DNA from: Verrucomicrobiota bacterium
GTDB lineage: Bacteria; Chlamydiota; Chlamydiia; Chlamydiales; SM23-39
DNA: 64,000 nt
Direction: 5' to 3'
Assembly (NCBI GenBank): GCA_018239895.1
Contig: JAFEGL010000003.1
Coordinates: forward strand, 354,212 to 418,211
This document shows, one piece after another, positions 8,264 to 15,449 of the stretch (positions are counted from its first letter, which is position 1; every line of letters begins with the position of its first letter). Both the position numbers and the translations under genes were made by a program. Below the pieces are notes generated by a model, which was not told the DNA's origin, searched no databases, and was given only the letters and a program-made list of their open reading frames with translations.

Positions 8264-9502
8264 CTATTCAGAATTTTCCAGAAACACAACGCCAGCTTCC
8301 TTATTTGATTCAGAACTCTGAAATATATTGAATTGCTTGCTGACGAAAATTTTAGAGGAAGTCAAGACAACTTCTAAAGGCTCACGCTGACTCTCAGAGA
8401 AATTGAAAAGTACTCCTTGGATGTTCAGGTGTTGTGCTTTTTCAAGGAGATCCGCTTCTTCTTCCAAAGTTCCTGGAGTGGGAGACGATACAAGGGAGGA
8501 TGGAGATTGTGGAGACTCTTTAACGGAATTACTTGATGATGGGTTTTGTCCTCCGATGGCAAATACTTCGATATTTGATAATAAGTCGCATCCCATTTGG
8601 TACATTTTATGTTTTAATCTATGAATTCCTTCTTCAAAAGGAAGGTCGCTGGCTGGTGTGCGATGCCAAAGAGCCAAAATAGGTACGTCATCTTTTGTCT
8701 CCCCTCGTAAGCAAATTGCGATACAGGCTCCAAGGCTATCTGTCCCAAGAAAATTTCCATCTCCAATCGTGATCAGCATTTTGTCCATATCTACGTTGGG
8801 TATGTCATCGAATGAATAAGGAGCTAATTGTTCGTAAGAATCGCCATCATCAATTACACAAATATCAGGATGGTGATGGATATCAAAGTTCATTGGATGT
8901 CCTACATAATCATCAGAGGACCTTTCAAACAAAGACTCTTTGCTGACATAGAGCTTATCAGGGGTTAAAAGAACCTCTAAAGGTTCATCCTCATTTTTGG
9001 AGTAGTTAAACATCACACTAGTAACAAGCCCTTGGTTTACTAAGTTGAGTATCTCAGCTTCTTCTTCCAAATTTCCAGGTGTATCATTTTCTGGATCGGG
9101 TTTCTGTCCTCCGACGACAAATAGATTGATCTCTAAATTGGGGTCAAATCCCTTTTCAGTGATGCTTCTTCTTAGTTTAATAATTCCGGCTCTGAAAGAA
9201 GTGTCACTGCTAGCGCTTCTATGCCAAAGCCCTAAAATGGGTCTATTTTCCATAGTCCTGGCCCGGGCGCAAAATACCATCCCAGCTCCGACGCCGTCAG
9301 TTGCTAGAGATTTGGTTTTGCCGCAGGTTACAAGCATTTTATCCATATCAACATTATGTGTTTCTTTAGTGGACAATGCAGAAAATTCAGCAATGAAGTC
9401 CTCTAAATGATCTTCGGTGATAACAGAAATGTCAGGGTGGTTATAGACTGAACCTATTGGTTGTGAAGAGGATGAGGAGCTTGAGCTAATGCTTTGAGTC
9501 AT
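8264..9502 (-). CDS. Orphan protein with two tandem CheD-like (deamidase-fold-like) domains and a poly-Ser N-terminus
   Basis: 412 aa. Clear internal duplication with shared blocks HPDIxVI, NVDMDKML, PILxLWHR, GGQxP, PGxLEEEA, PLEVxLT, VSK. The block LGACIAICLRG..ILALWHR resembles the CheD Cys/His signature. The CDS call is solid; the fold assignment is from memory. Confidence 0.6.
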   Translation of the reverse strand: MTQSISSSSSSSSQPIGSVYNHPDISVITEDHLEDFIAEFSALSTKETHNVDMDKMLVTCGKTKSLATDGVGAGMVFCARARTMENRPILGLWHRSASSDTSFRAGIIKLRRSITEKGFDPNLEINLFVVGGQKPDPENDTPGNLEEEAEILNLVNQGLVTSVMFNYSKNEDEPLEVLLTPDKLYVSKESLFERSSDDYVGHPMNFDIHHHPDICVIDDGDSYEQLAPYSFDDIPNVDMDKMLITIGDGNFLGTDSLGACIAICLRGETKDDVPILALWHRTPASDLPFEEGIHRLKHKMYQMGCDLLSNIEVFAIGGQNPSSSNSVKESPQSPSSLVSSPTPGTLEEEADLLEKAQHLNIQGVLFNFSESQREPLEVVLTSSKIFVSKQFNIFQSSESNKEAGVVFLENSE

Positions 9503-9596
9503 AAATTTTCCATTTTAACAGTGGTATTTTAATGTAAAATGGCAATTTATTGCACAGTTAATTAAAAAAGTTTGATTTCGTTTGTAGTTGAATAAT

Positions 9597-9986
9597 TTAA
9601 GTTTTTATATCGGCTTTCAAAAGTCCTATAGTTAAAAAAATTGCCAAGCAAAGAGCGAGATTCAACGGGATCATCAAATAGCAATTTGCTTTTTTGACTT
9701 GATACAACCGATTCCTCGCGAGCAACGGGGTTGACTGTCTTGGTGTAAGGGAAACTTCCACCATTTCGTTTTGATGGGCAATAGGCTGGGGGGGGTGGAC
9801 AGCGGGCGATTGGAGAGGAGCAGCTTCAGCTGCTTGAATTTCCCGATTTGTTTTGCGAATTCGGTATATAGCAGTTGCAATTCCAACTACAGGAACCAAA
9901 TGAAGAAATGTTTCTGGGCACGAAAGCTGCCATGGGTATTTTTGACAGTAATCGCAATAAGTTGGACGCGAATTGGGATCGATCAT
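9597..9986 (-). CDS. Hypothetical small membrane protein (2 predicted TM segments, Pro-rich linker)
   Basis: 129-aa ORF with hydrophobic segments FLHLVPVVGIATAIY and CYLMIPLNLALCLAIFLTIGLL. Same strand as, and upstream of, the CheD-like gene. Confidence 0.5.
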   Translation of the reverse strand: MIDPNSRPTYCDYCQKYPWQLSCPETFLHLVPVVGIATAIYRIRKTNREIQAAEAAPLQSPAVHPPQPIAHQNEMVEVSLTPRQSTPLLARNRLYQVKKANCYLMIPLNLALCLAIFLTIGLLKADIKT

Positions 9987-10118
9987 GATCTACTCCTTGT
10001 GAAAGGGAAAGAAATTTATAGAGTAGTAAAATTTTTGACGACTCATTTTTTTTGATGGCAGTTGCGCCAATATTTCAGGCGGGAGTAAACTATCCAGCTT
10101 TTCAAATGGGGTAGTAAA

Positions 10119-11051
10119 ATGAACGAATTGTCACGAGCTTCAGTACAAAAACAGCTTCAAGAAACTCTTCAAGGATACGTAGGTTCCGCAATAGATTTTA
10201 TCGATAAGAAAAAGGCCGAAATTCGTGGACAAATCGGCGCTTGTAATGCAAAGAGTGTTTACTTCGATGAGTCGCTCCAGAATGCTGAGTCTGTGATTCA
10301 GATCTTCGATCGTTTGAGATTAAATCTTAATGTCCATTTATCATCTTTTTCCTATAAGAAAATCGATGACATTCGCAAACCCGTTTACGTAAACGGCGAT
10401 GAAGCCAAAGCAATGCTTCGTTCAAAAATCGAGCAATCGTGTAGTGAATTCTCCAGTTGGATTGAAGGTGCTGAGACAACGATTGAAAGCGCCGCCCAAG
10501 AGTGCACCAGAGACCAGCTGATTAAGCCAGTTCTTTTGTTAAATAGGGCTGAAAGGATTGTCCAAGCATTTAAAGAATGCAGGGAGAATCTCAAGAAATT
10601 TTTCCCGCCTGTTTCACTCCCAGAAAAGATGCCAGAACCGCTAGGGATCGATCCCGAGAGGGCAAAGGAGCTTACTTCTCTCGCTAATCAGATAAGTTGC
10701 ATGGATGCGCTCCGCAAAGTAAGAGGAACGGAATCTGCAGCTGAAAAAACGAGAGTATGTTTTGCCCTTTATCTGACTGACTTGGACGGCTTGCATCCTA
10801 GACCCTGGAGCGGGCAAGTGGCCAGTGAAGTGAGCCATGTCCTCATGTCATGTTATCTAAATATGGTTCAGTCCGGAGGATCAAGTGAGAGCTTTAAACC
10901 TCTACTCCGCCATGCCATGAAAGTTGGCGGAGAAGAAATGGAGAAGAGAATTGTCAATGTAGATGAGTATGTAGCAACGCTTGGGGAAATCAGAGAGGCT
11001 TTAGCTCAAACTGAAGGGCTTCTTCTTGATGGAATAAACAAAATTATTTAA
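10119..11051 (+). CDS. Hypothetical helical protein with an internal repeat
   Basis: 310-aa ORF. Two N-terminal modules end in related helices: LQNAESVIQIFDRLRLNL and LNRAERIVQAFKECRENL (9 of 18 identical). No family recognised. Confidence 0.6.
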   Translation: MNELSRASVQKQLQETLQGYVGSAIDFIDKKKAEIRGQIGACNAKSVYFDESLQNAESVIQIFDRLRLNLNVHLSSFSYKKIDDIRKPVYVNGDEAKAMLRSKIEQSCSEFSSWIEGAETTIESAAQECTRDQLIKPVLLLNRAERIVQAFKECRENLKKFFPPVSLPEKMPEPLGIDPERAKELTSLANQISCMDALRKVRGTESAAEKTRVCFALYLTDLDGLHPRPWSGQVASEVSHVLMSCYLNMVQSGGSSESFKPLLRHAMKVGGEEMEKRIVNVDEYVATLGEIREALAQTEGLLLDGINKII

Positions 11052-11153
11052 TGTCTAGTCAAACTATTCTGATCAGCTATAAATTGAGATGTTTTATGAA
11101 CCTATCCCAGTAGTGAATTTTGATTTGATAGCCTGCAGAATGTTTTCCTTTCT

Positions 11154-11310
11154 GGAAGGACGTACAATGATTAAGACAAATTCAAAGGACTGATCGATGC
11201 AGAGTGGCAATTGGTCGCACTTTTATTGCCAGTGGCCCCAGTGCAAAGAGGATAGGACTCCCACTTGGAGAATGGACGCGGTGTAGGACGCCGCTGCTCG
11301 CGCAACGGCG
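11154..11310 (+). pseudogene. Remnant of an IS5/IS1182-type transposase N-terminus (DUF4096-like), frameshifted and truncated
   Basis: GGAAGGAC (IS5-like terminal sequence), then ATG at 11167, a frameshift, then FKGLIDAEWQLVALLLPVAPVQRG*. This matches the LxDxEWxLIxPLLP signature of these transposases. Stops occur in every frame and no DDE domain follows. Confidence 0.45.
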
Positions 11311-12594
11311 TTAGAAAAAGCCCGACAAGCCGCCGCGTATAATGAGAGCTGCTCTTAGGGCCTCTCCGGGTAAATACCCCGCTGTCTTGTAGCCCAATTC
11401 TGTGAACATCTTCAATGGCGTCTTTTTCCAGCTGTAGGCTCCAATTACTGTAATCGCCCCGCCAGTCAACTTCTTCGCTAATACAGAGTCGGGATAGAGT
11501 GGGGGGATATAGGTGCCAGAGGGAAGATCGTATAGTTGATTGGCAGATAGAGTTCCCTGTTGAAATAATACAGGAGGCTGATGCCAAAAGTCAGCGCGTA
11601 AACCGAAACTGCCAGATTTCCATGTGAATATTTTCAGATTTTCGAGGCCAAATCCGAAATATGTGTTGGTTCCATTCTTGCCCCATTTAAAGTAGAGATA
11701 CGTCGGGATAGAATTGACCACAAGAAAGTTCTCGAAATACCCTTGCATTCCGAAGGGTGTAAGAGCAAGTCTTGCAGATGGAAGATAATTGATTGATTTT
11801 ATCCCAATCATGGGAACTTTGATATTGGCGGCAAAAGCGTTATAGATCCACTGGGCAAATATAGAATAATAAGTAAATGGATCTAGTAAGCAAATTAATG
11901 ATAAATTTCTTAGTTTAGTATATCCTAATTTTGAGTCTGAATATATTGAATTTAGAAGAAACAGAAAATTACTTATATCATTGCCGTTTTGTGGGGGTGA
12001 TTTAGGATTTTTGTTCACGGCGAAAGCGTATGCTGTTAGGCTCAAAGCAGAGAAAAAGTAAAGAAACCCTTGCTTGGGATCCACGCGACCTTCCTGTAAC
12101 CAACCGAGCCTGACTCTATTTGCTAAGATTGCATCTGCCTCTACGCCGGCTATATCGATTGTTAATGCCTGGCTAGGCGTTAACAGATTCGTAGCTTCAA
12201 CGCCTGTCGCGCCCCCAATCACATACATTTTATAACCTTTAACTGTGGCATACTTTGAGCCTAAATCGCGTACTCTGTATCCGTGACCGAAAACTTCGTG
12301 TTGAATGACTACGCAGGATGCGTTAATTGGTGCCCAGATGAGAATAGATTGTCCTTGACGAATCCACCTATTTCTCGAAGAAAAATGGGGGCACTGCTCC
12401 GGGTTTTGAAAGTCTTCAAGTGTAATTTTGGGGGGAGGGAAGGCCAGATTTTCAAGCTTTTCCAATCCAGATTGAAGGAATATTAAGTTTTCGGCTCCAG
12501 CAAAGGGAGTAAAATTAATATCTACGCATGGATGTCCGTAGATCACAGTTATAAACAAATGCAATATAAATATTGTGTATTTTTTTTTGACCAT
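11311..12594 (-). CDS. Putative outer-membrane beta-barrel protein
   Basis: 427 aa. Signal peptide MVKKKYTIFILHLFITVIYG. The C-terminal half is rich in aromatic/Gly alternation and ends in ..GGLSGFF (terminal Phe, the classical OMP signature). Confidence 0.55.
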   Translation of the reverse strand: MVKKKYTIFILHLFITVIYGHPCVDINFTPFAGAENLIFLQSGLEKLENLAFPPPKITLEDFQNPEQCPHFSSRNRWIRQGQSILIWAPINASCVVIQHEVFGHGYRVRDLGSKYATVKGYKMYVIGGATGVEATNLLTPSQALTIDIAGVEADAILANRVRLGWLQEGRVDPKQGFLYFFSALSLTAYAFAVNKNPKSPPQNGNDISNFLFLLNSIYSDSKLGYTKLRNLSLICLLDPFTYYSIFAQWIYNAFAANIKVPMIGIKSINYLPSARLALTPFGMQGYFENFLVVNSIPTYLYFKWGKNGTNTYFGFGLENLKIFTWKSGSFGLRADFWHQPPVLFQQGTLSANQLYDLPSGTYIPPLYPDSVLAKKLTGGAITVIGAYSWKKTPLKMFTELGYKTAGYLPGEALRAALIIRGGLSGFF

Positions 12595-12616
12595 TTGTAA
12601 TAATCACTTTTTGATA

Positions 12617-13288
12617 TTACAAAAAGAGCTTAGCTCCATCTATAAGGATCTTCCCAGCTCCAACCAAAGCGGCGGGACTGTATATTGCGACAAGAACTAC
12701 TCCAGCCACTAACATTGCAAACATGAAAACTTCTTTCCAGCCTACTTTCAGAGCTTCTTTAGAATGATTTTTATGTTTTTTATCTTTCTTATTAAGACCA
12801 AACCAATTCCAAAGCCAATCGAGAGAACATGCCATGCTGTCTAAATTCTGAAATGAGCTGTCAGAAGAGGACAGAGTGCTGCTCTCGAGAGCACTGATCG
12901 CAAGATAGAGGCTATCATGGTGTTCTCTTGAGATCAGATGCGCGTTTTGCCTTAAAAGCTGACATGTTTCCAGAGTAGATAGATGTGCACCCTTGTGATT
13001 GAGAAAAAGTTCGAAAAATCGTTTAGTTGTTGAGAGTGGATCGTCCGATTTACTGATTACATTGGCTAGGTTTTGAAAAGGATTGGCATGATTTGGTGAA
13101 TCAAAAGCGATGCGGTCGGTGAGATTTAGAAAGGGGTCAAAATCATTAAAAGCATCAGGAGACGACAACTCGAGAGCCACCTTTTCAATCGAGAGGGAGG
13201 CGCAAAATGCATCTTGGGGAATACAACAGAGCAAGCAGACTGTAGTAATGGCTATTCTTGATGTGTTAACTAATTTTTTCATTTCCAC
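12617..13288 (-). CDS. Hypothetical secreted/membrane protein (signal peptide plus C-terminal hydrophobic domain)
   Basis: 223 aa. N-terminal h-region IAITTVCLLCCI. C-terminal VFMFAMLVAGVVLVAIYSPAALVGAG. Lies 22 nt upstream of the OMP-like gene on the same strand. Confidence 0.55.
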   Translation of the reverse strand: MEMKKLVNTSRIAITTVCLLCCIPQDAFCASLSIEKVALELSSPDAFNDFDPFLNLTDRIAFDSPNHANPFQNLANVISKSDDPLSTTKRFFELFLNHKGAHLSTLETCQLLRQNAHLISREHHDSLYLAISALESSTLSSSDSSFQNLDSMACSLDWLWNWFGLNKKDKKHKNHSKEALKVGWKEVFMFAMLVAGVVLVAIYSPAALVGAGKILIDGAKLFL

Positions 13289-13476
13289 CTCAATAAAGAG
13301 TAATTTTTTGAAAGAGGTGCGATTCTAGCAGTGAAGGAATTGGTGGTCAAATTTTTAATTTTTTATTCAAAGGAGAGAGTTGCATTCTGCTCCCGCTTTG
13401 CTTACGTTTTATTTCAAGGAAGAGGATTCGTTGGGTTATTCGAGCTTTTCTGTGGCTTTTTCATTCTGAGAAGTGG

Positions 13477-13509
13477 AGGGCGCGCGGCCGTTTACGGCGG
13501 GCGCGCCCT
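13477..13509 (-). terminator. GC-rich hairpin 6 nt downstream of the rho stop
   Basis: AGGGCGCGC..GCCG TTTA CGGC..GCGCGCCCT forms 9 + 4 bp with a small internal loop. There is no U-tract on either strand, so it is not a canonical intrinsic terminator. Confidence 0.3.
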
Positions 13510-13515
13510 TGAGAT

Positions 13516-14832
13516 TTACTCTTTCATTGAGAGGAGGAACTCGGCGTTGCTCGAGGTCTTCTTGAGGCGGGAGACGAGGAGATTCATCGCGTCGACTGGG
13601 GTGAGGTCGGCGAGGCCCTGGCGGAGCAGGTAGATCTTCTCGAGTTCGCCCGGATGGTAGAGGAGCTCCTCTTTTCGGGTACCGCTCTTGATCAGGTCAA
13701 TGGCTGGGTAGAGGCGGCGGTCGGCGAGACGGCGGTCGAGGACCAGTTCCATGTTGCCTGTACCTTTGAACTCTTCGAAAATTACTTCGTCCATGCGGGA
13801 GCCGGTGTCGATCATGGCGGTTGCGATGATCGTGAGCGAGCCGCCTTGCTCGATGTTACGGGCGGCGCCGAAGAAGCGCTTCGGTTTGTGGAGGGCGTTC
13901 GCGTCGATACCACCAGTTAGGATCTTGCCTGAGTGGGGTTGGACGGTGTTGTAGGCGCGGGCTAGGCGAGTGAGCGAGTCGAGGAGGATGACGACGTCGT
14001 AGCCGCATTCGACGAGGCGGCGAGACTTTTCGATGGCCATCTCGGCGATCAGGACGTGCCTTTCAGGGGATTCGTCGAAGGTCGAAGAGACGACTTCGCC
14101 CTTCACGGTCCGGATCATGTCGGTGACTTCCTCAGGACGCTCGTCAATGAGGAGGACGATCAGGACGACTTCGGGGTTGTTGATCTCAATCGCGTTGGCG
14201 ATGTTCTGCATCAGAACCGTTTTGCCCGACTTGGGAGGGGCGACGATCATCGCGCGCTGCCCTTTGCCGATTGGAGCTGCGAGGTCGAGGACGCGAGTCG
14301 AGAGTTTTTCTTTCGTGGTCTCCATGACGAGCCGCTTGTCGGGATAGAGCGGGGTCAAGTTTTCAAAGAGGACTCGGTCGCGAGTTTGTTCAAAGGTCTT
14401 GTTGTTGATCTTATCGACCTTCAACATCGCAAAGTATTTTTCTTTGTCTTTCGGCGCGCGGATGGAGCCGTAGAGTGTGTCCCCTTTGCGGAGGTCGAAT
14501 CGGCGGATTTGAGCGGGGGATACGTAGATGTCTTCGGCGGAGGGGAGGTAGTTGTAGTTGGGGGAGCGGAGGAAGCCGAATCCGTCGGGAAGGACTTCGA
14601 GTACGCCTTCCCCGTAGAGAACTTCGTTGGGGCGCTCAGAGATTGTTTTTACGATTTCGAAGACGACGCCCGATTTGGTGAGGGAGGCGGTGTGTTTAAG
14701 GCCAATGTTCCGGGCATAGGCCTGCAGTTGGTCGATATTCATCCGCTGCAGATCGGAAATCTTCGTTACTTTTTCGAAATCGGTAGGTAATGGTTCATGG
14801 GTCTGCTGTTCGGTCTGCTGATCATGATTCAT
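13516..14832 (-). CDS. rho: Transcription termination factor Rho
   Basis: 438 aa. Rho N-terminal/CSD domains, Walker A APPKSGKT, typical C-terminus. Confidence 0.95.
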   Translation of the reverse strand: MNHDQQTEQQTHEPLPTDFEKVTKISDLQRMNIDQLQAYARNIGLKHTASLTKSGVVFEIVKTISERPNEVLYGEGVLEVLPDGFGFLRSPNYNYLPSAEDIYVSPAQIRRFDLRKGDTLYGSIRAPKDKEKYFAMLKVDKINNKTFEQTRDRVLFENLTPLYPDKRLVMETTKEKLSTRVLDLAAPIGKGQRAMIVAPPKSGKTVLMQNIANAIEINNPEVVLIVLLIDERPEEVTDMIRTVKGEVVSSTFDESPERHVLIAEMAIEKSRRLVECGYDVVILLDSLTRLARAYNTVQPHSGKILTGGIDANALHKPKRFFGAARNIEQGGSLTIIATAMIDTGSRMDEVIFEEFKGTGNMELVLDRRLADRRLYPAIDLIKSGTRKEELLYHPGELEKIYLLRQGLADLTPVDAMNLLVSRLKKTSSNAEFLLSMKE

Positions 14833-15449
14833 GAAAATTGATTCTCCTTAAGGATAGAATTGAGTTTTATGACCTCTTGGCGCAACTGGTCCAAGGATCC
14901 GTTGTTGATCAAAGTGTAGGTGGCTCGTTTAGCCTTCTGGGATGGTTTTATTTGACGGCTCATGCGTCTTTCATATTCTTCTGGCTGAAATCCAGATTGT
15001 TTAAAGCGTTCTTTTGCGACCTTCTCATCAGCTAACACAGCTACGATCACATCGTAAGAGTCTTCGGCGTGGATTTCGTAAAGGAGTGGGATTTCCACTA
15101 CGAACGATGTCCACTTCCTCGAGTGGGCCGCTTGTCGGTAGAGCTCGTCGATTTTTTGGAGCACTGCCGGGTGCAGAAGCTTCTCGAGAGCCTCCAGTTG
15201 AGCTGGGTTTTTAAACACCTTCTCAGCGAGAATTCGGCGGCTGATTTTTCCTTCTTGGAGAATGTCCGAGCCGAATTGTTGGAGGACTTTTTGACCGAGG
15301 TTAGTTTCTAGGGAGAGCAGATCGTGGGCAATCGCATCAGCGCTGACCACGTAGGCTCCCAGTTCCTGAAAGAACCGGCAAACGGTAGATTTCCCGCTTG
15401 CTACCCCACCTGTGATAGCTATTTTTTTTAATTCTAACATTCTCCCCAA
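14829..15449 (-). CDS. coaE: Dephospho-CoA kinase
   Basis: P-loop [12 protein letters not shown]. 206 aa. 4-nt overlap with rho. Confidence 0.9.
   Translation of the reverse strand: MGRMLELKKIAITGGVASGKSTVCRFFQELGAYVVSADAIAHDLLSLETNLGQKVLQQFGSDILQEGKISRRILAEKVFKNPAQLEALEKLLHPAVLQKIDELYRQAAHSRKWTSFVVEIPLLYEIHAEDSYDVIVAVLADEKVAKERFKQSGFQPEEYERRMSRQIKPSQKAKRATYTLINNGSLDQLRQEVIKLNSILKENQFS

Noticed and set aside
9771-10055. 94-aa plus-strand ORF overlapping the 129-aa minus-strand ORF
   Set aside because: The minus-strand frame gives two clean TM helices and a coherent protein. The plus-strand product is Cys/Ser/Asn-rich with no structure. Only one can be real, and I chose the minus-strand ORF, with modest confidence.
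12283-12300. HEVFGH in the OMP-like protein, as a possible zinc-metalloprotease motif
   Set aside because: The spacing is HExxxH, not HExxH, and I see no downstream third ligand motif. It is probably fortuitous.
14056-14790. 244-aa plus-strand ORF, plus others at 13654..14681
   Set aside because: It is antisense to rho, whose identity is unambiguous. It is a shadow ORF in a GC-richer gene.
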